Part shown: positions 16,364 to 31,057 of the stretch, piece after piece
Layout of the letters: the number at the start of each line of letters is the position of its first letter
How positions within the stretch are numbered: position 1 is the stretch's first letter
Source: Balanoglossus misakiensis
Taxonomy: Eukaryota; Animalia; Hemichordata
NCBI GenBank assembly: GCA_040954595.2
Contig: CM082584.2
Location: 12,747,166 to 12,811,165 of the forward strand
DNA: 64,000 nucleotides
Reading direction: 5' to 3'
Translations under genes and position numbers: made by a program
The notes under the pieces: generated by a model
What the model saw: the letters and a program-made list of their open reading frames with translations, nothing else
The model's database searches: none
Told to the model about the DNA's origin: nothing

Positions 16364-19300
16364 TTAAGTACGCAGCGCTGTCTGTGACTGTAGTCTGTCA
16401 AGTTTGGCTTGTAGTTCTTTGAACCTGGCCAGTGTGTTTTGCACATGAGGTTGTAGTCCCATGGATTCTAACTCTACATTGTAACTGGCGATCGCATCTA
16501 GACATCTGGTGGTGAAAGCTCTCCTGCAAGAAATTATTTAAAGAATCATTCAATACATCTGTGAATTTAAGGTTGAGTGATAACGTAGAAGACTCAGATA
16601 TCTTGTGAAAAGTAAAATGTGTAAAACTTGACCATCTGAGGCAGTAATGGCTATGGCTCCAACTTTGAGAGCATTGTACTGAGACTTACCTTTCATGAGA
16701 TGGCACTTGTGCTGGGTTTTTGGTGAACCGAGTCAAGAGTAAATAAACTGCATCCAGAACATGTAAAGGCTTGTTCACTGACTGCCAGAAACTGTCCTGT
16801 ATGGCCAGAAAAGTCAAAGTTTTGCAAAATATAAGTTACATTTTATCACTGCAAAAAAACACTTTATAGGCAACTAATACTTAAAACTGATCCACAATCT
16901 TACCTTAGCTTTAAACAGACAATCATAAATTTGATGCAAAGCCGGCAATTTCAACCCAATCTTCATGAAAGTCTCAAAAACCCAGCTTTTATCCCAATCC
17001 AGTTGACACGTCTTTTTTTCCAAGTCTCTCACCAAGAAATCTGAAAAAATCCAAACATTGACACTTATTGATGTGGTTCAAAAGTGTGTGATTCATCTGA
17101 ATCAATGTAACCATTGCTCTGCCAATGCATTTTGTCACTTGTATACCATCAATAGGCTCTTACAAACATGAGTGGAGCTCATAGTCATCAGTAAGGCAAC
17201 TGGCCAACTTTTGAGAAGATGGGACTTGAATATGAACACTTACCAACGGGAAAATATCTATCTGATGTGACATAAATCCTTCCTAAACTGACCAACTTAT
17301 CACTGAGTGAAGAAATTCTTGTCGCAGCCGACTTGCCAAAAGTATCTTCCAAGTCTGGTCAATAAAAAAAAGATAGACTGTTGATGGATACAGAAAAATA
17401 AACAAATGTACTGTCACATAAATTTACCAACATAGTGCCTGCTAGCACTTACAATTTTAGCACAAGACATTCACTTTGGATATCTTATTGACTGTTTACC
17501 TTGTTGGATGATATTTTGCCACAAAGTCTGAACAAGCGCTGGATCATAATGACTTGCACAGTGGATGATAGCCAATTGGCATTCCCATAGTTGGAAGGGT
17601 TCCGCAAAATCAGCATATAACTGTTGGGTGTAAATTGTGACACAAAAATGACATTTAGTGAGTTGTTTTTCTATAGATATTATTTGTTTTATCACAAAGG
17701 AATGATGCATAAGAGTGTACGCTAGATAGATTCTATTTGGACAAATCTCTACATTACCCTTGTAATGTCCATGAGTTCCGCATTGAGCTGTGACAAGGCT
17801 CCCTGAAATTCTGGTCGAGTCGAATGAAAATTACTGATGGCTTCAAAAATCTTGAGTTGAATTCGAGCAACCTGAAATGAATTAATTCCAATTTATTTAA
17901 ATATTCATGGAGTGGAACTTTGATATCATTTTATTTACAATTCTCCTCATGAAAGACAACTCAGGGATATTTAAATCGCCATATCAACCGTACCTCCATT
18001 TTCTCTTCCAGTTCGTGCAGGAACTCTCCATCACTGGCTGAACTTGTTCTCAAAGTGCTGCTTTTGGCTGTCATGATGGCCCGTGATATGTACTCTATGC
18101 GTTGTGGCAGACCAACATCAGTTCTTGAAAAAAATGCGACACAGATGGATGCTTTGAGTTGGAATACTATATGTGTCAGTAAAGGAATCTTTGTCCAAAT
18201 GCAATGGTTATGAGTTGCAACATGCCAACTATGGCTTAAAACCATGGACACACGTCTCCTCCCTATGTATCTTACTTGTAATTCTACATACACAACACAC
18301 ACATACCCATGTCTGTCAGCCAGTTTGGCCAGTATTTTGGCAGCAGCAGAGAAGTTCCTTATCTTCTCGTAATATTTCCACATCAGATCCAACATTTCCA
18401 GGTTATCTGGTTGGTATGTAGCTGCTCTCTTCAAATATCCCTCAACGTATGGTGAAGATATCTGGAAAGAGGAAAAAGTGAAAATTGAACCTGCTTGCCT
18501 TTCATGGAATTGCACATCTAACATCGAAGGGGCATTAGTCATCTTTTGGCTGAAGTAAAATATTTGGGAATACTATAATTACATATTTTGGGAGTATATG
18601 ACTAGAATTATACATACCTCAAGAAGTTTATCAGTGAGTCCCATGGTTACCAACCAATCATACAAGGCTACATGATACAATTCATCATTGGACTTCAGAC
18701 CAATACGCATCATTTCGTCCATCTACCAAGAGACAACAATCGCAAATCATTTTTCAGCGGCACTTCAATTATCAGAAAGTCAGGTTTTTTTCTCAACATT
18801 GTCTCATTTTTCCCCTGCAAAGTAAACCATCTAATAAAGCTGAAATAAACCTTCTAGCACTACTAGTTCAAGTGAACACAAAATAAGAAATGGAACTCAC
18901 ATGGTGGGTTGCTTCGTGAGCACTGAGTCGGCTGGCCTCCGTACTGACGGTTGGCGGACCGGGTCGTCTTGGAATCCCAGGGGATTGTGGGTACGCCTGG
19001 CTGACTTCAACCAGATGGGCAAGGGTTTCATGAACACACTTGTAACAATCCAGTCTGAGAATTGCAATGAAGGAAGGAATGATTTACAGTATAACACTTC
19101 TACCATCATGGTTTGGTCCAAATCAATTGTTTTCTAAGGTAATGTTGGACCTCTACAGAGGGAACTGGGGGGTGAATGGGTTAAAGCATGTTGATGTCAA
19201 ACATTGGCAGGATTGTGTACTTTGAGATCAATAGAATTGCTTGGTTATTTAGGTATAAACCATTTTTCTACCTGGTCATGAAGGCCTGCATTCCCTGTGT

Positions 19301-22300
19301 ATCTTCTGGGGGTTCACCACTACGATAATAATGTAATGCTAAACGTTGCTGGTCCATTCGATGTGCTGCTGTCAGGCTCAACTCCACTATGCCCTCAAAG
19401 AAACCAACTGAAATCAGAGATGTAAACAAATTGTGTAATTAGGCACTTGGATCGATTGTATTACATTATATACTTCTCTGATTTGTCTAGAAAGCTAACT
19501 AAGCCATGAAACAAAATGGGGATATTACCTGCTTGATATTCTGCACACACGACTTGTAGATTCAACTGATGACTGACTTCACTGAAAAGCTGAAATGACA
19601 ATGCAATGGTGAGAAGAAAAACTAAACTAGGTAACAATCTAATATACCAGCCAACTACCATTTCAAGACAAAATGGCTTAAGCACAACCAACCACAGGGA
19701 CATACCTGAAGTGACTTCTTCAACATTTCTTCTTTTTCGAACCTATTGGTTGTTTGCTTGGCTGTCTGCAGAAGTTCATTGGCCTTTGAGACAATGGCAT
19801 CCTCTGTACTGTACAATAACGGACACACTTCGCGCAACTTGGAGCTGATCGCATCTGTGGTGGCGTTATCACCGAGGTAGCGGTTGATCAGAGCTGTGAT
19901 TAGGGCACTGCACAGCTATACACAATGAAGTAAAGAGATAAGTTAGAATTTAGCCTATCCATCACACTGGTCTGGTTTAAACCTTACTTAGGATTTGTCA
20001 CTCAATTATTATCTGAAATAATTCCTACTTACCTCTTTCCCTGTTGTGACCAAATCACAGAACTTGATCTGTCTCAGTTGATTTTGAGCGTTCTAGAAAG
20101 AAAGTGGGAATGTCATACAGTGAAGTTTCAATCAATTCCTGCAGAGTTCTATGAAACCATCACAACAATCCCAGCAAGCGGACCACTCACCTTGTCGAGC
20201 TGCATCGCAATGATGTGGAACTGATGATCACATACCACTTTCCATAATGCCAAAACCTGACACGAATATTGAACCAAATGCTGCAAACTTATCAATGCCA
20301 TCTTTTCTGCTGCTTCAGCCTCCGCTGGAAAGACATGAAGGGGAAAAATGAATCTCGATTTTGTGCTATCAAGTTTTTTTGTGAGTGGAAGGCAAGGTTT
20401 TCATGAATTCTAGAATGTGATAAGTTAAACAGAAGATTTTTTCCTTTCATACCTCGTTGTTTCTGCAGTGTCTGTCTGCCTGTTCTTCCGGCCATTGTGT
20501 CTTGTCTTGTCACGCTGAAGGCTCCAGTACCTGCAAGACTGCAAGTTTCAAATATATTGTAACACTCCATGTCAGGAAAAGTAAACTTTTCAAAAATATG
20601 TTCAGAAAATATGGTGCTGCAGACAGTGGAAAACTCAATGTCTAACTGACCTTTCTGCTAAGGCTGTAAATTGTGAATTTTTCTCCATGAAATCCTTCAG
20701 TGATTCCAGGTGAGTCAAAAACCAGGACACTGCCTCTCCGGAATATCGACTCTCCAACTGTGAATACAGGAATGATTAAAATAGTCAATCCAAAATATGA
20801 TGGTGAAAACATCAGGGTTTAGCAGAACAGTCCTTTGAAAAACAATCCAACTTAAATCTGAAAGACATACAGCAACTGTGATACTCACAATATATTGAAC
20901 TCCTGGTTGGTTGGTAAATTGGACATCTTTGACGACACACTGATCCCACAAAGGTCTGCAAAACGAAATTGAAAGTTGTCAGTCTCATGAAACCTACTAT
21001 CATTTCCATCATTATGATGATTATCAGGTCTAATTTCTACTTGCATTATTCACGTACCTGAGCAATCTACAGAAGTAGAGGCACAAACCCCTAAATCTTC
21101 CGGAATAGATGATTTCCGGAATGGAGCCCGGACCGATCGTCTGACTGTGTTGCTGCTGCAAGGAGAAGTGTGGTTGTGGCGTTGTGACTTCCATGGATTG
21201 TTGTTGGAATAAACTCACAGCTGGAGTTGATGCTGTTGAAAGAAGGAAAGAGTGGAAGGTTTTCTAACTGAGACTTTCTCACAAATTCTCCCCCCCCCCA
21301 ACATTCATGTCTGTGTGAACAGCCCCCCCCCCCCCCTCCCCAAACCAAAAAGTAATAAACTTTTCCTACCTGCAACTGGCATTTGCAACATACTACTACC
21401 AAGGCCAGATACTGATGGGGTTGAGGTACCTGTAAAGTAAAATTTCAAAATTAAAGTGTTTTTTGTTTACCCTTTGCAACAAGAAGCATTACTTGTTTTT
21501 AAAATATGTAGTCATGTGTTAAACAGTTGCTATTCTGAGACAGTTAAAAAGATTTTTATCCTGACACTAACCGAACTGTGGTGCTGGGGTTGAGCTGGAA
21601 ACTGGCATTTCCAACTGGTGCTGTGGTTCGCCACCGAATATGATAAATGCTCTCGTAGCCCAATCTCTGATCTGTGGATCAATGGCTTCTCTGCTACACA
21701 CCAACACCAAACATGTTGCACATGCATGCTCCTCCTGTGTGCAAGATATAAATTGTGTGTTGTTGTTAACCATAAACATGCACCAACATTGAAACTGAAA
21801 GATGTGTCCAACTCCCATCAATCATATGGGAAGTGTCTCCAGAAACAAGATTACATTTTCAGTCATACATAAATGCAAAATATTTGGTTTATTTGATCCA
21901 AACAGACCTTGTGAAGTTTGAAAAATGCTTCAACATCCGGATTATCAGGTCCTCCATTATTCAACATCAATTGACGAAGCTGCTCAGCTGGGCTTAACAG
22001 ATTGAACAGATGACTTCCCTGCAAATAACAAGCAACATTTCACATCAGGACATGCGGTCTTTATGGTGAGTCTATCACAACAGAGAATTGCTAGACACCA
22101 GACTTTCTAGACATCAATATTTTTTCAAATCATTCACCTGTTTTGTCTGAGCAAAAGTTCTTTAAAATAAAACAGCGCTTATACCTGAGAACTGAGCAGC
22201 ACATATCTCCTGTAGGGCAGCATGTGTTGAACTACAACAGATGGAGGGTCTGGTAGCTGCTGCTGTTGTTGTTGTTGTGGCTGTCCCTGTCGTACAAGTA

Positions 22301-25076
22301 CTGGCAGAGAAGATGGCACCTCGTCCAATGCCCAGGTATGACTGTCTATTGTGGTGTTCATCTGTTTTCAGCAAAAATCAAATTTATAAAAAAAAATCAC
22401 ACTATTAGTATATCATACAACACAGCTACCTTGGGTGGTTTAATTTACCTAGCTCTGTCTAATTTCTTTGTAATTTGATTGGACAATTTTACAACACTAA
22501 CCTGTGTTTCAATAAGCGGTCGCTGAAACGGAAATGAGTCTGGACTCATACACCACAATGAATCCATGTCTTCCGTCTGTGATGAGCAAAGCAACAGTGT
22601 CCCTGTGGAGGAAATCATTAATCAATGAGATTTTCACCCCAATTTCTCTGTACATGATTCAATCACATCATTGAGAACAATGATGATTTTGTATAAAGTT
22701 TGAAAACACCTGCTGTAATAGCAAAAGTGTGACATTACCTTTACTGTAATATGCTTTATGGACATGTGTTGGTCTCTGTGGGGCTGCAGTGGTTGTGAAT
22801 CCTGGTGGTAGTCGAACATGCACTAGAGTCAACATGCACGGTCTGGACGACAGTCTGTTGAATAGGCTGGTTGTGAAGTAGAGACGCACCCCTGAAAGAC
22901 AGATTCAGATTCACTTTCAAATTTTTTGCAGAACGCAAACGTTGCAATAATTGGAAGATGGTGATTAGCACTGATGACTTACCTGCTTGTGTGATGGCTA
23001 CAAGATGTATATTAGTCGACTCAGTTTTTGGTATTGCCGCTATGGAAACTATTGGTTTAAAGTTTGACCTCTCTATGGTTCTGAAAATTAAACACAACAA
23101 GAAATATTTTATTATTGATTGTAACATCCATATACTAATGTCTGTTGTTTCGTGTGTACACACATACAGACACACATACACATGCAAAGTGTCTCCAACA
23201 GTCCAAAGTGACCCTACCTGGCAGTAAGGGCAGCATTATGCACCACAGTGTGCTGGGAGACAGCAGCTACTCGACTCATACTCATTCCATCCGAGCCGAG
23301 ATCATAGACTTGGAGAGAACCTTTCTCTGATCTTGTGTACACAATATGTCTTGTATTGTCGACAGCAATCTGAACAATAGGGTCTGCAGAGAAATAAGAG
23401 ACACAATCATGAATGCAAATTTATCCTGTGGTCCACACACAGGTTCAGCAAGGATGTCCACATAAATGTGGATGTAGTTTGTCTAAATACAGGGTAGACA
23501 AGTTTGAAAAGCAAGGCAAAAAGATCAACTCACCATCTTCTGAAAATGTGAAATTAAGAAAGGAAGGCACCAGGAAGGACAGTTTGCTTGTAGAGTGATT
23601 TATCTTGCGACATTTCCTGCTGAACCAGCCATCTTCTGCCTGAAAATGCAAAATCAGAACTGGAGCATGTATCACATTTCTACCTAATAACCAAATGAGG
23701 TATTGAAGCCCCCCTCCCCAATGACAACTTGTATCACATGCCACTGTACCTGGTAGACCAGTTCATAAAGGCAGCCATCTTTCCCTGCCATCAAGATCCG
23801 TCCGTTATCAGTGCCAACAATTTCCATCATGTAGACGTTATCCGTGGGAATGGTGAACAAGGGTTCTGGCAAAAGATGCATTTCTCCCAGGCTGTGTTCA
23901 TCCATAGCACCTGGAAAGATCAAAGATGGAACACATGTGGTTAGTATACCATCAGCTCCTGATGTCAAAGTCTAAGTGTGACAAATCTTTGGTAGAGGAA
24001 CAAGTAATATAGTTCACAATGGGATGAAAACAGAAAACATCCTCTCACCTTGTTGGGGCTGGCTGAAGCTGACACCCAACAACACAATGTCCACTGGGGT
24101 TGTCAGGCAGAGTAAATACCGTATGTGTCTCTGGAAGATGTTTGGTTTGGGTTTGACAAGTCCAATGCTGAGAATGGTTTCATTGAGTCCGTCAAAATAT
24201 GCCAGATCACCTCTGAAAGATGGAACAGATGACAATGTCTTTGAAGTAATTATTCCTTCTCTCGGATTACTTACTCTAAAGAGAGACAAATCTGGAAAGC
24301 ATCAGATACTTATCAAGTTATAGCAGGACTGTTGAATAATCACTTACCCATCCTCATAGTTCCACACAAAAATATCGCTATCAATAGTCAGCCATGCACG
24401 TCCGATCTCAGCAAAAATTCCCATCATGCAATTGCATTGCATGTCTGATTTGTGTTGAGGAAAACGAAAACTATGTGAAATCCCATTTAGGCATCTACAC
24501 ACAAACAGCAATGGCATTCAGCTAACATTAGGCCAACTCATTGTTAGTCCACTGTGATCTGTGCCATAAAAGGATACGTCCAAACTGTTCCACCAGCTCA
24601 TTGGGCAGTGGCACCTTCTTAATGTGACTGATCAATGGCAGCTGGGCCAAGCCAATGTTTGGTGACGCCAGGGATGGGTAGTCAAGTTCACTGGTACCAC
24701 TGGTTGTTGCATGGCCTGTGAAACAGTAAATCATATTCGCCACTGCATACTTATCCAAAGGGTATCAGGACAGCTACCCCCTGGATATTTACTGCTCAGA
24801 CATCCATCAATAAGAGTTAGGGTTACAAAGGATAAGTGTCTGATGGGTAATTTCCAGGGGGTAACTGCCCTAGAACTGTAATCACTGAAATATATTTTGG
24901 CAGGTGAAATTATGTTTCCTTCCACATACAATAACACATAATTTTACATTACCTGGAGTGACAAGATTGAGCAGTTCAGTTAATTCTGGATATGATCTGT
25001 CTTGTTGTAGATGTGCATCAATATACTGTGCAGCACTCTGCAATCTCTCCTGTGTACTTGCCATTGTACTCGCCAT
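16364..25076 (-). CDS. NUP155: Nuclear pore complex protein Nup155
   Basis: About 30 short exons. Recognised peptides '[15 protein letters not shown]', '[10 protein letters not shown]', '[20 protein letters not shown]', '[16 protein letters not shown]', '[10 protein letters not shown]', '[19 protein letters not shown]', 'DLMWKYYEK', '[11 protein letters not shown]', '[22 protein letters not shown]'. Stop TAA at 16364-16366. An upstream exon lies at ~25429/25500-25530. Confidence 0.96.
22255..22281 (-). repeat. CAA/CAG polyglutamine tract in Nup155 ([11 protein letters not shown])
   Basis: + strand 'gctgctgctgttgttgttgttgtggctg' inside a coding exon. Confidence 0.75.
24445..24577 (-). other. 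U12-type (minor spliceosome) GT-AG intron in NUP155
   Basis: Donor GTATCCTTTT, branch-like TTCCTCAAC (24454-24462) close to the AG, no polypyrimidine tract. Splicing restores '[13 protein letters not shown]'. Confidence 0.85.
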
Positions 25077-25509
25077 CTACAAAATAATTTATGAAATCAA
25101 CTGATGTAGTACGTAGCTGTTGATCAGTTTTGAAACATGCTTATTATTCAAGTACCTCGTGGACTCCCATCACCGACTCCATACTTGTGACTGAACTTAG
25201 CTGCAATACCGTAGCTTGGGGTTAAACTTGAAATAAATGAAAGCCGGGTATCTTTAACCTGATCGTCGTGCAGATCAGTTGTCACAATGTCACACATGCA
25301 CCTTGTTCATGTGGAATTGAACATACATGTATCTGTTTCCGGTCATCGAGATTTTAGAATCTTACTCTGTAATCATGATAACGGAAGGCAAATGCTTATC
25401 GTGCCTCTATTCTCTGGTCTCGTCTTACCTTTGAAGTCCTTCTGACTGGATAATAATCCAGCTAACTGATCAGTTAACGATGAATACAACGGATCACACC
25501 TGTTTGACA

Positions 25510-25560
25510 CTGGGAGCCGCCATCTTGTTCATCGCACAATAGTGCGCGCGCTCCTAGCCC
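25510..25560 (-). promoter_or_regulatory. NUP155 promoter / first-exon region with YY1 motif
   Basis: Minus-strand AAGATGGCGGC (ATG at 25523), GCGCGCGC upstream, candidate donors at 25499 and 25428. Confidence 0.55.
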
Positions 25561-26586
25561 CAACTACGGTCAAAGTTCATCAACAAATGAACATCGATAG
25601 GTGCGCAGACGTACATGCTCAATCATTCATGGCCCGCTAGACGCTATTCCAATCAATCAATGGCTAATTAAAAGTATTTCCTACAGTTTATGTGCAAATT
25701 GTCATTTCCAAACTTTGCATAAGCTACATTATTACAGCACCAGTAGCTAATTCATTTTCCAGGACCTTTTCGAGGAACAACTTTTCACTTCTCAGGACTT
25801 TCAAGGCCTTTCCTTGAACTCGTGTAAAATTCCTGAGCATTCCAGGTTTTATTAGGAGTGCATAAACTCCAGGGTGAACAAGCACAGAAACACACACATT
25901 ACTTCGCTTCATCATTAGAAGTTCATCTTTATTCTCATATAATATTCCATCAACAATTCTTAGAATTTTATAATCACTGCTAATCAAAACTGCAGAGTCT
26001 ACAAGATATAGAAAATCTACAGAAGACATGTAATTTTGTAGTCTACAGTTATGACTTAAATACATCTTTTTATATGCCCCCTTCACAAATGTGATTTTGG
26101 AGGCTTAATATTGTAAATTGATAAAATCTTCTGAATGAGTCAAAAGGTCTCTGGCTACAATCTATGATCAAAACTTAAAAATGTATCCCTTTCACCATCA
26201 GGGTTCAGGCCAACTCTATTGTTCTCAATGGCAATGTTGGACCTCTGTACAGTGGTTGTCTCTTTGCAAGACCATTGGAAATAAATTACCCATGCATACT
26301 CACTGCATTCCAAATTCCAATCACCATTACTAGTATACTCACACCAACAACTCAATAACCAACCCACTCAGGAATAAAATTTTACAACCACAGTGTTTTT
26401 ACTGACAGCAGAAGTGAACATTCACATTGCTACTGATATCAACAGAAGTCTTCATACTCATCAAAACTCTTTGGTTGTATCTATGTACACATGTTTATTT
26501 CTATGCATCTTTAAGTTAATTGATGTTTGAATGTTTGAATCAGTACAATGTTGACGCAGGTCTCCACAGGTTCTCCTAGAGTCTCG

Positions 26587-29500
26587 CTAATCATCCCCTT
26601 TGGTCGCTAAATCGTTCGGGTGGTTTGCGTTCTCTTTCTGAAGATGTTGGATCACTTCCTCCCAGGCTGACAGAGTCTGTGGAAATTGAACACACACAAA
26701 AACAACAGAAATCTCATTATAAGAAATTCAAGTGACATAATAGAAATATGGGTTCTGATTTCATATCATCGTTGTTCGTGTGTAGATGCAAACGGCTCAG
26801 TTCACATCTACAATGAACAAACCAGATCTGCCATTGGACATATACTGACCTGTTGATAAAATTTAACTTCCCTATCTGCAAGTCCAACAAAAAGCTCTTT
26901 GATATCCTTTCTCTTGTTTTTGTGCCATCTGTCCATGTCCGCCTTGAGATCTGCATTGGCAATTTCCATCTTGTCATGTAGGTAAGTCACTTGTTTCTCA
27001 AGCTGCAAGACAGGATTGACAGAGTACAACAAAATTTAACAACTGGCAACAGACATGCTATGCCCAGTACTTGATCAGTAAGACCACACCCTGCCCCCAC
27101 CCTCACCCATGGGGTATACAGGATTACAAGGGGTGACAGAAGTTAATTAGAAGCTTGGTCATGCTTTGTGCTTACAGTTCACATTTCTATCAAAAGCAAC
27201 ACTGCCAGAGAAAAAATATATATTAATATACATGTAATGTTAACATTAGGATAGACAGAAAAAAAGTAATGTTCTATCATGGAAAATGGTAATGGTGAGC
27301 TTGACCCTTTTGAATTGGATTGCAAAAGAACCCACAACAACATGCAAGAATAAAGAAGCCATTCAGAGCAAAAAAACAGGCAAAGCAAAAAAAGGGGATG
27401 GGAAGACTAAAGGGGTGACTCTACCTCTTCAATTTGTTTCTCAATCTTGGCTGTCTTCTCCTCTTTAATCTCAGCTGGTGTCTTTCCCATAATTGAACTG
27501 ATGGAATAACTTTGATCGGAAATCTTGACCTGACGACAGTAATAGAATGGAATCATTGCGGAGAGTGCAGTGAGTATGCAGTGCTTTGTATTAGAGGCTT
27601 TGGCTGATGGGTTTTGCAGGAGGATGGAACCTGAGATGGAAGCCATTGACAGAGCCAGACTTAACTACGCAGATCCAGTGGAAATGAAAATTAAACAACA
27701 TCATGGTATATGGGTTAGATATTCAGCATTCACTGTTCACATGACAAGGGAGAGTTGGGTTAGATAAGTCAACTGACATTTAAGGGGTTGCTGGAGAGTA
27801 ATACAAGTATTACTTTCCATTAGAACGCATTTTGCAAGTTTGGCAGCCAACTGAATTTGCTGTTCCTTATACCATATGCAATGTGGAGTCATGGTGAAAT
27901 CCTACCTGTTCCCGCTCATTTTTTCTTTTGGAAGATTCTTCTGTGGAGAGTTCATATTCTACCTGTATACTGTCTCTCTTCTTAAGTACTGACTGGAAAA
28001 CAAAATGGGAAAGAAGGGTGGAAATTTAGAATCGTTTCATGATATGCACTGAAATACCTTTGCCCTAAACATCACACATTTTTTCTGAGCTGACAAACTC
28101 ACCTTAATCGCATCAGCATATAATAAATACTCTCTGACAGGTGGTAGAAAATATTGCTCCTGTTCGTCATTCTGATGAAGAAACAAAGATACATGATGTG
28201 AGTTACATGCATGATATATCTCAGGTCTTGTTTGATATTTAAACTTACCAAAGCACACATTTCCTCACCACTGTAAACTTACCAATTCTTGGACCGATTG
28301 CTGACATTTCTCTATACAGTTTGCCAAGCAGTTCATGGTTTCTGCTAGTTCTACCTCCGAGTTGGACCACAAACTGAACACAGGACTGTACTCCCCAAGT
28401 TCGTTGATATAATCTGCAATGGGAGAGGTCACAGTACTACCATTATTGTTGAGTGTGGCTTGTCTAGCATGGCCCTCATGTCAGACACATCACTCAGCAT
28501 ATAAGGGCACCTTCAATGGTGAATTTTTGTTGTTTGCACAAAACTGCAGTATATACTCCCTGGTCACTTACCTTGATTTTCTTTTATAAGCCTTTCAGAT
28601 ACTCTATTTATTGTTCCCAGTTTTTCGCTAAATGTTCCCACATACTCGCCCATTACTGTATATTCTGGACTTCGATTTTTCAGCATATAATGAGCAGCTA
28701 CATTACGTACTGAGTCGCCCATTCGGCTTAAAATACCTGGTCCCTGTTTCTTGTGTGCTGTGAGTTCCTATAACGCACAAACAAAGAAAATGCCAAATCA
28801 ACACGTTGTCCGAGTGTCTGGCAGCCACAGAATGACACAAATAGATGCAGAAAATTTATTCTGATTCCATAGCCAGTTAACTGAACTACAATGTTTGCAA
28901 TTGTCCACACACTCAAGTACTAACAACCAGAACTAAACCACCAGCTCCCGTACTAAATAGCACCAACAATAATTGTCCTTGTCCCCATTAACATTAAGCA
29001 AGTGTTTTACCTTATGTTCAGTAGATTATCATATCTCTCGATTTTATTGATCCTATGAATGTTAGTAGTGTCCATATTAAACTGCTAGTATTACACCACA
29101 TTAAAAAATTCGCAGCTATTTGTACATGAAGGCTTAGACAGTCCATTGCTTTAACTGATCAACACATTTGTATAATCACATACAAATAGCTGTGAATTAT
29201 GTTATAGACACTGTTAGTACCTACTGTCTACTGTTAGTTCTTCTAAATTTAGCCACCACCAGCCTGTGCTATGCTTAAAGCTGCTGCAAGCCAAAAAATT
29301 GTAAATTACCCATGCCTTAGCTGTCAGGAAAATTTGGAATGCCGCATTAAAAGAAAGAACCGGGTGATCCGCTATCCTTGTCAGAAACTTGTTGAGTGCC
29401 TTCTGCCGGGTGTTCAGGAATTCTGGACTGAAGTGGTCAAATCTTCGTAGACTGTGCTTCTCTGGGAGAGGCTGAATAAAAAAGGGTAACATTATCATTC

Positions 29501-30389
29501 AGCAAATACAAGCATTCATGATGCATAATATATTGTCACCAGGTGTTGTGTTATCATGTTCATGATTTCACAGAAGACACAAGTAAATAAGATTCTATTC
29601 CACTTACAGGTATGAGGTGAGTATGCTGGGTTTCTTCTAACTTGTTTCTTAACCAGAGGAAATCTTGATATCGCCTTCGTACCAAGTATTCGGGGTTGTC
29701 AAATGAACTCCTAGTGGTCTGTTGTGATAAAAAAACAAACCATGAATGAGACCATGATATATTTCAATTTCAAAGGTTAGATATAGAATGACAGCTGCTT
29801 ACAAAACTGTTCTCTATATCAGGCAAGTGTGATAAGACAAAAGTACCTTTGTTACTACTCTATATGTGACATATGCTGACCCCATTGACCCAGAATGTTT
29901 CTCTGGGTCATCCACTGTAACAAACAAATCTCTCATCTCCATATCTGGATCTTCTTCCTCAGTTTCCTCTTCTTGATCATCCAGTTTTATCGACCCAGCT
30001 AAGGCAATCTTGGATGCATTGGACATGTTGCTGTCCACTCCTGGTGATCGCAGGTCTTCCTCCTGATGATCAAATGTGAGAAAAAAGTAATCATCGTAAC
30101 TTTTGGACATGTGTGTAGGGACACCTGGGATAATTAAACCGGGGAGAAAAATTTGCATAAAAAATTGATATTTACATAGTGCAATATAAAAGGGTATGTA
30201 TTAATATCACAAACGTATCCTGTCATGAATTTGATGGCATGATTTTTTCTGTAACGGTCTCACCTCGAAGTCCTCATCATTGACTGTGGTACCTCCAGCC
30301 AAAGGATTTTGCAACGGGTCATACTGCTGGGTGTCCGGACCCTCCCCTTGTTCGCTGACCTTCGTTGCTCCATCCTTCACTTCCGCCAT
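26587..30389 (-). CDS. SNX30: Sorting nexin 30/7 (PX-BAR)
   Basis: PX domain '[13 protein letters not shown]...YVTYRVVTK', '[12 protein letters not shown]', 'PLPEKHSL', '[19 protein letters not shown]'; BAR domain '[14 protein letters not shown]', '[12 protein letters not shown]'. Stop at 26587. Probably co-orthologous to SNX30 and SNX7. Confidence 0.88.
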
Positions 30390-31057
30390 GTTGGCGATTT
30401 GTGTACATTGCGCATGTTGTGGTGCGCCTTTACAAGCTAATCTATGATTTTAGCATTTGGGGGAGTGTTTGGTATGACGAGGTGTACTCTATCGCGCGTA
30501 TCTTTTTACTTTACGCGTGTATACTTGTCTTAATTTATTCTAATCGTTATTTATAATTATAAATTGTATTTGGTTGATAGTAAACTCTTCCCTTCTTCCC
30601 TTTGTTGACAGAATGTTTCTTGTAAATTTTCACTTCCTGAAAATGTAACCCTTCTTAAAAATAGAACAGTCTGGTTTCCATCAAAGAACACCACCGCCAG
30701 AGGGAGACATTGTTGTAGGTTTCGGCGTGTCTGTTGCATTTGTCTGTTGCGGCTGTCATAGTGGACAGGCTTATGCCGAAAGACGAACTGTACGTGTGTT
30801 TATATTCAGGTTGACTAACGGAGGGACTTTCGGTGGGTTTTGAGAAGCAGTGATAATTGTAGAAACGTGATGATACAGTAGATCCCAAGATTATTAAAAG
30901 GCCATCCTCAAAGACAGTGTTGATCGAAACTTCGTGATGTGAGCCTGCCGGACCGGCTCGTCGATCAAGCTTGTTTACAAATTACTATAACTGTAGAATT
31001 CAATCCAGTCTAAACTTACTGTCGCACATTTGATCGAATTTATTGTTATTTCCGGAT
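30390..31057. promoter_or_regulatory. Divergent (bidirectional) promoter region between SNX30 and INIP
   Basis: ATGs about 670 bp apart, head-to-head. YY1-like motif at the SNX start, TGCGCATG at ~30409, CpG-enriched. Confidence 0.55.

Noticed and set aside
25724-26086. 120-aa minus-strand ORF between SNX30 and NUP155
   Set aside because: GTG start, AT-rich, lies in the probable SNX 3' UTR, and has no domain signature.
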